Below, in pieces: positions 1-9,873 of a DNA stretch of 64,000 nt. The position numbers and the translations under genes were made by a program. The notes under the pieces were generated by a model that worked only from the letters and a program-made list of their open reading frames with translations, searched no databases and was not told the origin of the DNA. This DNA comes from Planctomycetota bacterium (lineage in GTDB: Bacteria > Planctomycetota > JAJSAM01 > JAJVHW01), in assembly GCA_965248445.1 (NCBI GenBank), contig CBDFJG010000002.1:768001-832000 (forward strand), written 5' to 3'. Position 1 is the first letter of the stretch. Each line of letters starts with the position of its first letter.

Positions 1-2
1 CT

Positions 3-692
3 CGCTGGGAAGCCTCGGGGCGCACCCCCCGCGACTTGCTGGAGGGATGCGTCACGGCGTACGCAGAGACCGAGGGTCTCGCCACCGATCGCCCGTGGGT
101 CGAGAAGTCGCCCGAGCAGGAACACGTCCTGCCGCAACTCGCCGAGTGGTGGCCCGGCCTGCGGGTGATCTACATCGTGCGGGACCCGCGGAGCGCGTTC
201 GCGGCGTTCCGCAAGAAGCGCAGGACGCGGGGCGATGACCTGCTGCTCGAACGCTTCGTCGCCCGCTGGAGCAAGAGCGTCCGTTGCGCGGAGCGCCACG
301 CCGCTGCACATCCGACGCACGTCGTCCGCTTCGAGGATGTGACGGGCGACCCGCGGCCGACACTGACCGCCGTCCGGGAGTTTCTCGGTATCGCGTGGAG
401 CGACACGCTTCTCGAGCCGACGATCCGTGGACGAAGCTGGGCCGGCAACTCTATGTTCGGCGAACAGCACGAGGGCATCTCCACTGCCCCCGCCGAGCGG
501 TGGCGCGAACGACTCGAGGCGCCGGAGGTCCGGTTCATCGAGGCGTGGCTGGGTCCGGTGATGCGCCGGGTCGGTTACACGCCCGAGCTGACGTCCTCGA
601 GCGTCGCCGCACGCGCGCGGGAGATCCTCCAAGGCGGCGATCGCGGCCTGCGCGTCAAGGCGCAGATGATCCGCGCACTGCTGACCGACTAG
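3..692 (+). CDS. Sulfotransferase family protein (5'-partial)
   Basis: WVEKSP...IYIVRDPR (PAPS 3'-phosphate-binding region) and VRFEDV...P motifs; frame is open to the window edge. Confidence 0.8.
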   Translation, partial: RWEASGRTPRDLLEGCVTAYAETEGLATDRPWVEKSPEQEHVLPQLAEWWPGLRVIYIVRDPRSAFAAFRKKRRTRGDDLLLERFVARWSKSVRCAERHAAAHPTHVVRFEDVTGDPRPTLTAVREFLGIAWSDTLLEPTIRGRSWAGNSMFGEQHEGISTAPAERWRERLEAPEVRFIEAWLGPVMRRVGYTPELTSSSVAARAREILQGGDRGLRVKAQMIRALLTD

Positions 693-699
693 ATCGCGA

Positions 700-1899
700 T
701 CAATCGGCGAGCAGCAGCGCGACGCGGGGCCGGCTGAGGTACTGCGTTGCGAACCGGCGCACGTCCTCGTGTGCATGTTCGGCTGCCATCTTCCGCACCA
801 GGGCCCACGACTCGGGGGTGTCGATCTGTGCCAGCGCCCAGACGGCCGCCTTCCGCTCATTCTGCGACTTGGCGGTGTTCACCACCGTGCGCAGGGGTTC
901 TCGCGCTGCGTCGAGGTGCGACCGCTCCGCGTCGAGCGGCACGGCGTCATCGGCCGGGGCGCGGCGGACCGCGCGTGCCAAGAGACCGAGGCCGTGCGCG
1001 GACTCCACACGCACCTCGACCGACGGATCGCGCAAGAACAACAGGAGCTGGGCGAGCGCCTCGGGGCGCTCGAGGCGCCCGAGTGCGTTCGCGATGTCCT
1101 GCCGCTGCGCAGTCGTCGCCCCTTTGAGCTCGCCCACGAGTGTCTGCACGAGCGCCGGCGTCGCGCGCAACGCAAGCGAGTGCGTGATGTGGCGGCGCAG
1201 GTGCCGGCTCGACGGGTCCAGCAGCCGGGCCACGAGCGCGGCGTCCGCGCGGTCGTCGCCCAGTACGCCGGCGAGCAGGATCGAAGCAAGATCCGCATCC
1301 GGCTTGCGGGGCCGCGCAATCGCCGTGCTGACCTCGGCTCGCTGTGCGTTGGTGAGAGCCGCGTGCAGATCCGTCCGCCGTAGGAGATCGCGACCCGCGG
1401 AGAACGGCACACCGCTCGACTCGCTCGCCAGAGACGACACGAGGTGGGCGCGGAGAGCCGAGGCGTCTTCTTCCCGTTCCGGCGCGCCGAGGGACGCCAC
1501 GTACGCCCGGGTGTACGCGACGAGCGGCGCTGCCTCCTCGCCGGCGGTCTTTCGCACGCCGTACGTCGAGGACAGCGGTGTGTAGACCGCGTCCTCACCG
1601 GCGGCCGCCAGGACCATGTACTCCGCGCCCACCAGGAGGCCAGCGGGACGTGTACGCAGCCGGATCTCCAGCGGGACGCCGCTCCCGCGCCAGCGCTCGG
1701 TGACGCGAAGCGTCCACGTCCCCTCGCCTTCGGCGGGCGCCACGGCCTCGGCCAGACCCACGAAGTCGGCGCGCTCCGCCATCGAGCCGAGCGTGATGGC
1801 GTCCGTCTCCTGGGTCTCGGCACCGGCCGGCACCACGGCCAGAAGAGTGAGCAGGACCGCGGCCGGAGCCAGCTTCGTCATGGCGGTATCGGTACGCAT
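700..1899 (-). CDS. Secreted HEAT-repeat protein
   Basis: ATG at 1899 directly after the upstream stop; signal peptide LAPAAVLLTLLAVVPAGA; C-terminal HEAT-like units (IANALGRL, DPSVEVRVESAHGLG, RKAAVWALAQI). Confidence 0.7.
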   Translation of the reverse strand: MRTDTAMTKLAPAAVLLTLLAVVPAGAETQETDAITLGSMAERADFVGLAEAVAPAEGEGTWTLRVTERWRGSGVPLEIRLRTRPAGLLVGAEYMVLAAAGEDAVYTPLSSTYGVRKTAGEEAAPLVAYTRAYVASLGAPEREEDASALRAHLVSSLASESSGVPFSAGRDLLRRTDLHAALTNAQRAEVSTAIARPRKPDADLASILLAGVLGDDRADAALVARLLDPSSRHLRRHITHSLALRATPALVQTLVGELKGATTAQRQDIANALGRLERPEALAQLLLFLRDPSVEVRVESAHGLGLLARAVRRAPADDAVPLDAERSHLDAAREPLRTVVNTAKSQNERKAAVWALAQIDTPESWALVRKMAAEHAHEDVRRFATQYLSRPRVALLLAD

Positions 1900-1900
1900 G

Positions 1901-4900
1901 TCACTGCCCCTCGTCGTAGACCTGCCGGTGCCGCAGGTAGCCGTCGTCGTAAGGGTTGAACGACTGGAAATCCGTCCCTGTCGAGATCCGGTCATCGACG
2001 GATGACGCCGGCGCCATGATGTCGTTGCCCAGATAGTCGATGTGCCGGCCCGTGTTGGGGCTCCCCGACGTCGCCTCGGTGAACGTGTTGTTGCGGTGCG
2101 CCCAGCCGAAGCTGCCCGTCTTCGGTGAGCCGTTGGCCGTCGTGCCGACGCCGTGCCCCATCTCGTGCGCGAGCACGCCGGAGACGGACATCGCGGAAGC
2201 CTCGATCGCGTCGTAGATGTCGTCGTAGCGGTCGTTCTCCTGCTGGGTGTTGCCGCCGGCAGCGCGGTTGAAGCTCCCCGCGAGGACATTGTCGTCCAGC
2301 GAGTGCTCGCCGACGGGCGCTCCCCCCTTCGCCGTCTGGAATTTGCCCGTCACGCGCACGCCCCACGAGGTCAGCGTCGTGCTGACGTTCATTGTCGCCT
2401 TGAACATGTTGATGCAGAACACGCCGGTGTTGTTTCCGGCCGCGGCCGCACCGTTGATGTTCGCCTCTTCGCGCTGGTCGCGAATGTCGGTGAACGCCGT
2501 GCCGACCGTCCCGAAGAACGACGTGCCGGCGCCGTTCGGCCCGGTGTCGCCGCCGATGTCCATCTCGCTGAACGCCTTGGCGCTGTTGGAAGATTCGACG
2601 GTCGACAGGGTCGGTGCCGACGCCAGCGATCCCTGCTCCCCGATGAGCAACAGCTCGACGTTAGGGTCATCCGCGTCGTGCGTGCCGTCTTCGGCAATGC
2701 CGAAGCGGACTCTCGTGATCGCACGCAGCCGCTCCATGAACAGCCTCCGCACGATCGCGTTGGTTCCGGTCGAAGCGCCGTTCGTTGCGGCTGCGGCCGC
2801 AGCGGTCATGCTCGCGGTGTTCAATCCGTTGATCCGCAGCGCCTCGTCGAGGTCGATCGTGCCGTTCGCCCCGGCCGTCGTCGTGACGGACTGCGTCGAA
2901 CCGTTCGTGGAGTAGCCCGTCGTGTATGCGTCGATGTCGTCGCGCAGTATCCATGTGCGGCGAGCGTCGAAGGGATCGAGGTCCCCGCCCTGGTTGGACG
3001 TCGTGTTGATGTCCACGACGTCGAACGTCACGACGGTCGACACGGAGTTGCCCGCCGTGTCGTCGATCGCGACGGTCAGCGTGACGTCGTCTCCGGCGGT
3101 GAATGGCTCGCCGGCACCGACGCGCCAGATGGCGCGCGTGCTGGAGACGTCGAACTTCCCGGCCAGTTCGCCGCCCGCGCCGATCGCACCGACCGTCACG
3201 CTCGCGAGCGCACTGAAGGTGGACTCGTCGATGCCGGCCGGCCCGACGTCGTCGAAGTCGACGCGCACCTCCCAACCAGTCCTTGGCAGGAAGAGGTCGT
3301 AGGCGGCGTTGCCACCGGGTGCCAACGGATTGCCCACCGGGTCCGAGTCGTTCCCGAGGATGTACGATCCCGAGCCGTCCATGTCGGCCCGAATGTCGTC
3401 GAAGCGCACGCGGTCGATCACCGGGTCGCTCACGTCGGTTCCGTCCGACGTCGAGAACGTGCGCACCTGGGCGCCGATCGCGTTGCCGCTCAGGTCCGCG
3501 AGCGGAGGACCGTAGTCCACCGTGTACACCGTGTTCAGGTCGAGTTCGATCAGCGGCTTCAGTGTCACCGTCCGGATGTCGCTCGAGAGCTCGAGCACGG
3601 TCGGCCACACCGTCGCGCCGCTACGCAGCCGCACCGACGTCGTGTTCACCGAGAGAGGATCCAGGTCCTCTCCGAAGGTCAGCGAGACAGCGGTCGTCGG
3701 GGAGATCCCCGTCGACATGTGTGTCGGCACCGACGAGGTCAGACCGGGCGCCGTGCTGTCGGCGATCGCACCGAGAGTGAAGAACCACTGGTCGTTGTTC
3801 CCGGCCGCGGAGAGCCGCTCCGGCACGAGGGGCGCCGCGGCGTCGGACTTCACCGCGGTCGCCACGTCGAGGATGTAGCGCCCGGTGTTGTTCACGGGGA
3901 GGTTGCCGCCGGTCGTTCGTGAGAACACGAGGAAACGGCGGTCGGCTCCGAAGCCGATCGTCCGCTGATTCACGAACGACGCACCTGCCTCGAACCAGAA
4001 GCAGTGCGTGCCGGTCGTCCCTCCCGAGATAGCCGTGGCCGTGTTCGCTGGTCCGGAGAGGCGCAGCACCCCACTCTTCAGGTTTGACGGGGCACCCGTC
4101 GAGCCCTGCGCGGGGAACGACTCGATCGGGCTGAACAGCGTCAGGTCGGCGTCGTACGCGTAACCATCGGCGAGAGTCTCTGCGTCCGGTGTTCCGCCCG
4201 GATCGTTGGTGACGATCACATCGACGGGCGTGGACGCGGTGGTCGACGTGGTTGCGGCCCCGGCGTTCGCGGGCTCGGCCGGCAGCGGCACTTCGCACAC
4301 GATCACCGTGTCGCTGATCCTCTTCGCGAACGGCGCAGGCTCTCCGCCGAAGCGAACCTCTGCGCCACGCAGGAAGCCGGTGCCGTAGACGGTCACCCGC
4401 TCCCCACCGGCGGCCGAACCCGTCGGCGGGACCACCTCGGTGACGGCCAGATTGTCGGGCGGCGGCGGAGGTGGCGGTACGTCCGTCACCTCCAACGAGT
4501 CGGTGAGAGTCGACTGACCCAGCGACGTCGTGTACATGAAGTCGCGGTCGCCCACGGCCGCCCCGCCGGCGGCGGTCACGGTCATGGCCGCGGACGTGCC
4601 ACCGGCGTTCGGCGTCGGCCCGCTGTTCACGGTGAGGCCGGCACCTTGGTACACGGCCGCGAGAGCGTCACCGTCGAGGCGCGTGCCCGTGATCGTCACT
4701 GCGACCGGGCCCGTGCCCTGCTGGATCGCCGGCGGCGAGGTCCCTGTGACGGTGGGCGGGCCGTAGAACTCGTGGATCGTCTTTGGCGCCTTCGGGAACT
4801 TCGCCGTGATCTTGATCGTGTAGGCGCCAAGCTTGTCGCCTTCCGACACGATGCGGACGCGCTGTGCCCCGAACGCAGTCGTCACGGCCTTCTTGATCGT

Positions 4901-5530
4901 CTCGCCCTTGCTCGTGGTCTTGCGCTTCACCGGCAACGCGAGCGAGATCGGGACGTCGTCGGGACCCAGGATCTCCTGGATGCGCGGGACGACCTCCTCG
5001 CCCTTGCTCGCCTTCACCTTGACGCTGAGCTGCGCACCGACCGGTGCCTCCACCACGAACTCGTCCACCTCGGCCACGCCGTCGATGGACGCCGCCTGCT
5101 TCGGCAGCTTGGGCGGCGGCTTCACCTTGGTCTTGAGCGAGTACGCGCCACTCGGTCCTTCGACGCGTCCTCGGACCACGAAGAACCAGGTGCCCGTGGT
5201 CGGTGTCAGCCACTTCTTGATCGCGCCGGTCTTCGTCTTCTCCTTGAGCATCGGCGGCCCGACGCCGACGTCGTTGAATCCGTCATCGAGGATCGCAACG
5301 GTGGGAGCCAGGTTGCTGCCCTTGGTCCGCTTCGCCGTGAACGTCACCTGCGAGCCCGCGATGAGCTGCACCAACGCACGATTCTCGACGCCGTCGAGGA
5401 GGATCTCGCCGGCGCCCTTCTGCCCCGGGATCAGCTCGTCCCCGTGGGCGGCAAGGCCAGCCACAAGGACCAGAACTGAGGCCAAGACCGGCGCGCTGAC
5501 CGAGCGACTGGGCTTCGCATCTGTGCTCAT
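1901..5530 (-). CDS. Large secreted multi-domain protein with IPT/TIG and Ig-like domains and a C-terminal HExxH motif (putative zinc metalloprotease)
   Basis: Signal peptide; IPT/TIG pattern (VTEVVPPTGSAAGGERVTVYGTGF); Big_5-like pattern (VSLTFGEDLDPLSV...LADLSGNA); VLAHEMGHGVG followed by DIM. Confidence 0.7.
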   Translation of the reverse strand: MSTDAKPSRSVSAPVLASVLVLVAGLAAHGDELIPGQKGAGEILLDGVENRALVQLIAGSQVTFTAKRTKGSNLAPTVAILDDGFNDVGVGPPMLKEKTKTGAIKKWLTPTTGTWFFVVRGRVEGPSGAYSLKTKVKPPPKLPKQAASIDGVAEVDEFVVEAPVGAQLSVKVKASKGEEVVPRIQEILGPDDVPISLALPVKRKTTSKGETIKKAVTTAFGAQRVRIVSEGDKLGAYTIKITAKFPKAPKTIHEFYGPPTVTGTSPPAIQQGTGPVAVTITGTRLDGDALAAVYQGAGLTVNSGPTPNAGGTSAAMTVTAAGGAAVGDRDFMYTTSLGQSTLTDSLEVTDVPPPPPPPDNLAVTEVVPPTGSAAGGERVTVYGTGFLRGAEVRFGGEPAPFAKRISDTVIVCEVPLPAEPANAGAATTSTTASTPVDVIVTNDPGGTPDAETLADGYAYDADLTLFSPIESFPAQGSTGAPSNLKSGVLRLSGPANTATAISGGTTGTHCFWFEAGASFVNQRTIGFGADRRFLVFSRTTGGNLPVNNTGRYILDVATAVKSDAAAPLVPERLSAAGNNDQWFFTLGAIADSTAPGLTSSVPTHMSTGISPTTAVSLTFGEDLDPLSVNTTSVRLRSGATVWPTVLELSSDIRTVTLKPLIELDLNTVYTVDYGPPLADLSGNAIGAQVRTFSTSDGTDVSDPVIDRVRFDDIRADMDGSGSYILGNDSDPVGNPLAPGGNAAYDLFLPRTGWEVRVDFDDVGPAGIDESTFSALASVTVGAIGAGGELAGKFDVSSTRAIWRVGAGEPFTAGDDVTLTVAIDDTAGNSVSTVVTFDVVDINTTSNQGGDLDPFDARRTWILRDDIDAYTTGYSTNGSTQSVTTTAGANGTIDLDEALRINGLNTASMTAAAAAATNGASTGTNAIVRRLFMERLRAITRVRFGIAEDGTHDADDPNVELLLIGEQGSLASAPTLSTVESSNSAKAFSEMDIGGDTGPNGAGTSFFGTVGTAFTDIRDQREEANINGAAAAGNNTGVFCINMFKATMNVSTTLTSWGVRVTGKFQTAKGGAPVGEHSLDDNVLAGSFNRAAGGNTQQENDRYDDIYDAIEASAMSVSGVLAHEMGHGVGTTANGSPKTGSFGWAHRNNTFTEATSGSPNTGRHIDYLGNDIMAPASSVDDRISTGTDFQSFNPYDDGYLRHRQVYDEGQ

Positions 5531-5606
5531 CTGCGCACTCCCCTCGTCGCCCCAACCCTCCGGCCGACGGCTCCATGGTACCGCTTATCCGGCGGCGCGG
5601 CCGGGG

Positions 5607-6971
5607 TCAGGGAGCGGCCGCCACGACGTCGGCGATCCGGGCGGCGCTCGTGCCCGTTCCGTCGTAGCCCTCCTGCTCGGCCAGCGCGCGGCGGCGGTCC
5701 CGCAGCGCGGAGGGGTCCGCGAGAGCGCTGAGGACGTGCGCGACGAGTTCGTCCGGACTCCCGGCCACGAGGGACGCACCGACCGACATCAGTCGCGCGG
5801 TGTGCGTGTAGTCGAACAGCCGCACGTGGGAGGACAGGTAGTCGCGACCGGCGTCTGGATCGAACCGCGCGTGCACGATCGGCGTGTCGTTCGCCGCGGC
5901 GTCGAGCGCCACCGTGGACGCCATGTTGACGACGACGTCAGCGTGGCGCATTTCGGCTACGAAGTGCGCGTGGTCGTCGTCGGTCGGGTTCCAACGGTCG
6001 TCCATGTGCGTCGTGACGCGTCCCGCGACCTCGAGCGCGACACCGTGCGCTCCGTGGAGCGCGCCGTAGCGTTCGAGCCGGTCGCGCGGGTGCAGCCGGA
6101 CCACCATGCGGATGGGCCGCGGGTCGCCGTCCGGCGCCGGGTCGCGGCACAGCGGGGAGAGTATCCGCGGGAACTCCGGCTCTTCGGGACAGTGTCCCGG
6201 CGCCCCGCTTCCGTAGATCACCAGCCGTGCATCCGGCTCGAAGCCGAAGGAGTCGAGCAGTTGCGCCTTCGAAACAGCCGGGGGCCGCGCGTACACGTCG
6301 AATTGCGGTGTGCCGACTTCGGTGATCGTCTCCGGTCGGACGCGGAAGTACTCCTCCATCTCCCGCCGCATCACCGGTCCCCATACGAGCAACCGGTCCA
6401 CACCCGGCGGGAACACGGCCTTGTTCGAGGGGTTGTCCCACGAGTGGACCATCCCGACCGTGCGCACGCCCTCCACGTGCGCACGCCAGAGGATCCCCGC
6501 ATCCCACCGGGCGAACAGGTGGTTCGAGAACACGACGTCGGGCTGCCACTTCGCGAACGGCGGGGCATAATCCTCGGATCGACGGCGCAGGCCGCGCAGC
6601 CAGTTCGCCACATGCATCGTCGCCCACGAGCGCCCGAGCACCGGGAAGAGGAACCTCTCCTTGAACGGCGCGCGGCCGGCCTCGCGATCGCGGATCTGCT
6701 GCTTGATCCGGATCGTCGCCATGTCGTGGTGGTGCATGATCGGCGCGTACGCAAGCGACTGGAGGAGCTTGTCCGTTCGGTCCTTCGGCCTCGGCGGCAG
6801 GACGTCCAGCATGAGACCGGCGTCGCCCCCCGACTCGCGCAACTGCTCGAGCAGCGGTGCGGGGACCAGGTACACGGGCTCCACGCCCCGCGCGACGAAC
6901 TCTGCGTGCAGGTCGGTGCGCAGCACGTTTCGCAGGACGAGGCCGGTCGTGAGCGGGACGAGGGCGCGCAT
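5607..6971 (-). CDS. GT-B fold transferase (CDP-glycerol glycerophosphotransferase-like; candidate nonulosonic-acid transferase)
   Basis: SWDNP, VWG, GTPQFD, VRLHP and STVALDAA motifs; last gene of the neuABC operon. Confidence 0.6.
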   Translation of the reverse strand: MRALVPLTTGLVLRNVLRTDLHAEFVARGVEPVYLVPAPLLEQLRESGGDAGLMLDVLPPRPKDRTDKLLQSLAYAPIMHHHDMATIRIKQQIRDREAGRAPFKERFLFPVLGRSWATMHVANWLRGLRRRSEDYAPPFAKWQPDVVFSNHLFARWDAGILWRAHVEGVRTVGMVHSWDNPSNKAVFPPGVDRLLVWGPVMRREMEEYFRVRPETITEVGTPQFDVYARPPAVSKAQLLDSFGFEPDARLVIYGSGAPGHCPEEPEFPRILSPLCRDPAPDGDPRPIRMVVRLHPRDRLERYGALHGAHGVALEVAGRVTTHMDDRWNPTDDDHAHFVAEMRHADVVVNMASTVALDAAANDTPIVHARFDPDAGRDYLSSHVRLFDYTHTARLMSVGASLVAGSPDELVAHVLSALADPSALRDRRRALAEQEGYDGTGTSAARIADVVAAAP

Positions 6972-6985
6972 GGCTCCGAGACGCG

Positions 6986-8161
6986 TCAGTAGCTGATGCG
7001 CTTCTGGATCTCCCCCTCGACCGTGGCGAGCACGTCAGCGATGCGCGCGCCGGAGGATCCGTCGCCGAAGATCGCGCTCTTCTCGTAGCGGCCCGCGGCG
7101 ATCTGCTTCCGTACGCCCGCCTCGATCTCGCCCGCGTCGTATCCGACGTCGTGGACGTTCAGGCCGCGCTCGCGGCCCTGCTGGCGCGTGCCGACGTTCA
7201 CGTAGGGAACGCCGAGCCACGATCCTTCGCGGATGCCACTGGAACTGTTCCCGACTACGCATGCGGCGTTGTTCAGGACGCGCGCGTAGTCCTCGACGGA
7301 GAAGTTGCGGAAGACGTGCAGCCAAGGCGGCCGGTGCTTCTCGCGGAAGACTCGGATGCCCTTGGCGACGTCGTCCGAACCCGCGTCGATGTTCGGCCAG
7401 AGCAAGATCGCCTGCATCTCGAGCCGCCACAGTGCCTCGAGCGTTTCCTCGATCTGCGCGCGGCCCGATCCGAACTCCGTGGTCACCGGGTGCTGCAGGA
7501 CGAGCAGGTACGGCCGGCCCTCGACGTCCAGCCGCGGTCCGACCCCGCCGTAGCGCTCGAAGAGGGAATTGGTGAGGGAGAGGTCCTCGTTCGCGATCGC
7601 GTCGATGGACGGGCAACCGACGTTCCAGACTGTATCCGGATCCTCGCCCATCTTGAGGACGCGCTCACGACTCGCCTCCGTCGCCGGGAAGTGGATGTGG
7701 GCGAGCTTCGTGATCGCGTGCCGCACGCTCTCGTCGATCGAGCCGGTGACCTCGCCGCCCTGCGTGTGCGCGAGCGGGATGTTCATGTAGCTGGCGGCGA
7801 TGGCGGTCGACATCGTCTCGAACCGGTCGGCGACGGTCAGCACGATGTCGGGCTTGAGGTTCTCGAACAATGTCGTCAGCTCGATGATGCCGAGGCCCGT
7901 GGACTTCGCCATCGTGGTCGGGTTCTCGCCCTCGATGATCGAGTAGGTGACGCCGGAGACGTCGAAGCCGTCGTTCTTGATGACGTCGATCGCCGCCCCG
8001 AAGCGGTAGAGCATGGCCGACGCGCCGACGATCAGTTGCAGCTCCAGGTCCGGGTGCGCGCGTACCGCCGCGAGCACGGACTTGATGCGCGCGTAGTTCG
8101 CCCGCGACGCGACGACCACGCAGATCCGCCGCTTGCGGCCCTCCGGGACGGTAAACCTCAC
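6986..8161 (-). CDS. neuC: UDP-N-acetylglucosamine 2-epimerase (hydrolysing)
   Basis: SRANY, ADRFE, HTQGGEVTGSIDESVRHAITKLAH, GNSSSGIRE, GTRQQGRE; GTG at 8161 overlaps the neuB stop. Confidence 0.9.
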   Translation of the reverse strand: MRFTVPEGRKRRICVVVASRANYARIKSVLAAVRAHPDLELQLIVGASAMLYRFGAAIDVIKNDGFDVSGVTYSIIEGENPTTMAKSTGLGIIELTTLFENLKPDIVLTVADRFETMSTAIAASYMNIPLAHTQGGEVTGSIDESVRHAITKLAHIHFPATEASRERVLKMGEDPDTVWNVGCPSIDAIANEDLSLTNSLFERYGGVGPRLDVEGRPYLLVLQHPVTTEFGSGRAQIEETLEALWRLEMQAILLWPNIDAGSDDVAKGIRVFREKHRPPWLHVFRNFSVEDYARVLNNAACVVGNSSSGIREGSWLGVPYVNVGTRQQGRERGLNVHDVGYDAGEIEAGVRKQIAAGRYEKSAIFGDGSSGARIADVLATVEGEIQKRISY

Positions 8162-8958
8162 CTGTTGTCCCCCCACTTGCCGACGTAGATCCCGCGCAAC
8201 CGCTCTTCCTCGTCGCTGAGCGAGGGATGCGCGTCGCCCATCAGGTGCTCGACCTCTTCGGCGTACGCAACGATCTCGCGGATCTCGTGCGGCACGGCGC
8301 TCACCGCCTGGTCCTTGCCGGGCAAGTTGCGGTCGATGGTGAAGTGCTTCTCCACGAAGTCGGCACCACGTGCGATCGCGAGCTTGGCCGCGTAGGTCCC
8401 CATCGTGTGGTCGCTGAACCCGACGCTCGGACAGAGCGTCCGCAGCCAGTCCATCCGCGCCATGTTCACGCGGTGCGATGGCGTGGGATAGAGGCTCACG
8501 CAATGCAGCAGCGTGAAGTTGTGTCCCTCGAGGGCCGCCACCGCTGCGTGCACGTCGGACTCCGGGGCCATGCCGGTCGAGACGATCATGTGCGGGAATG
8601 CCTCGCGCAGCGCCTTCAACATCGTCACGGAGCCGACGTCCGGGCTGGCGACCTTGATCGTCTGCAGGCCGAGGCCGGAAAGGAACTCCACACGGTCCTT
8701 GTCGAAGCACGTCGTGAGGAAGTTCACGCCGCAGCGATCGCACTCCTCCTTCAGCTCGACGTGGTCGTCGTCGCTGAGCTGCGCCTTCTTGTGCCGGTCG
8801 AAGTTCGGATCGCCGGGGGGAAGCGTCTCGGCCTGCCACGACTGGAACTTCACGTAGTCCACTCCGGCGTCCGCGGCGGCAGCGATCATGTCGCGTGCCA
8901 GGTCCATGTCGCCGCCGTGGTTCGCGCCCACTTCCGCGATGATCTTGGTACGCATCAC
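8158..8958 (-). CDS. neuB: N-acetylneuraminate synthase family protein
   Basis: IIAEVGANHGGD, VKFQ, STGM, LLHCVSLYPT, GFSDHT, EKHFT. Confidence 0.9.
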   Translation of the reverse strand: MMRTKIIAEVGANHGGDMDLARDMIAAAADAGVDYVKFQSWQAETLPPGDPNFDRHKKAQLSDDDHVELKEECDRCGVNFLTTCFDKDRVEFLSGLGLQTIKVASPDVGSVTMLKALREAFPHMIVSTGMAPESDVHAAVAALEGHNFTLLHCVSLYPTPSHRVNMARMDWLRTLCPSVGFSDHTMGTYAAKLAIARGADFVEKHFTIDRNLPGKDQAVSAVPHEIREIVAYAEEVEHLMGDAHPSLSDEEERLRGIYVGKWGDNR

Positions 8959-9698
8959 TCTCCCTCCGCCTCGGCGGCGCGGTTCACATCACCGTCCGGC
9001 CTGCGGACGATATGCCAGAGCGCTTCGACCAGAACCAGGTCCGCCGGGCCGTTCACGTCGATCGACCTCTCCCGCGGCATCACCACGGCCCGGCAGTGGT
9101 CGCCGAACAGGCGCCCGCCCAGCAGCGTCTCCCGTCGGATCACGTAGACCGCGCCGTTGCGCGCGTACGCCCTCGCGCCCAGATCCTGACGCCGTACGCC
9201 CTCCAGCTCGGGCTGGACGTAAGGCACCAGCTCCCCCTCCTCGATCCGCTTGAGCTTCACAGGGTGGACCGTCTCGGAGACCGTCACCGCGGAGTCCGCT
9301 CCGGGGACGAGGGCCTCGGCCACCGTCCGGTCGATGTCCGACGGGAGGCGCAGCGGACTGGTCGGCTGCAGGATGCAGACGTGCGTGTAGGGCGCGTCCC
9401 CGGCCTGCTCGCACTGCTCGAGGGCGTGGAGCAGCACGGGGAGGGTCGGGGTCGTGTCCTGCGCCAGTGCGGCGGGCCGCGTGAACGGGACGTCGCCGCC
9501 CGCCTCGCGGGCCGTGCGGGCGATCTCGTCGTCCTCGGTCGACACGACAGTCCGGGTTAGGGACGTCGCCGCGGCGGCCTGAGCGACGGCCAGCGCGACC
9601 AGCGGAGTCCCGCCCACCTCACGGAGGTTCTTCCGCGGCACGCCGCGGGACCCCCCGCGGGCGGTGATCACCCCCAGCACGCGCGCTTCCTCACTCAC
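8955..9698 (-). CDS. neuA: Acylneuraminate cytidylyltransferase
   Basis: ITARGGSRGVPRKN, VSTED, LQPTSPLR, NGAVY, SIDVN; GTG start at 9698. Confidence 0.9.
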   Translation of the reverse strand: MSEEARVLGVITARGGSRGVPRKNLREVGGTPLVALAVAQAAAATSLTRTVVSTEDDEIARTAREAGGDVPFTRPAALAQDTTPTLPVLLHALEQCEQAGDAPYTHVCILQPTSPLRLPSDIDRTVAEALVPGADSAVTVSETVHPVKLKRIEEGELVPYVQPELEGVRRQDLGARAYARNGAVYVIRRETLLGGRLFGDHCRAVVMPRERSIDVNGPADLVLVEALWHIVRRPDGDVNRAAEAEGE

Positions 9699-9736
9699 TC
9701 TCGGCTCTCCGGGCTCACTCTCGGCTCTCAGGGCTC
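9694..9736. repeat. Two-copy 20-bp tandem repeat in the neuA leader
   Basis: CTCACTCTCGGCTCTCCGGG followed by CTCACTCTCGGCTCTCAGGG (1 mismatch). Confidence 0.7.
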
Positions 9737-9873
9737 GGCAAGGCGGCGATCCTCGCACGCACCCTCCCGCCCGGGACACGGGAAAGAGCCGGGCCAGGAC
9801 CCGTGTAGCCTCGCGCGGCGGTCGGGAGAGCGGGGCGCGAGGGAGAGCCAGCGGAGGGACAGTGGAGAGGCAG

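Noticed and set aside
8162..8839. Apparent N-terminal extension of NeuC (617-aa ORF)
   Set aside because: Off-frame overlap with neuB; the GTG at 8161 is coupled to the neuB stop.
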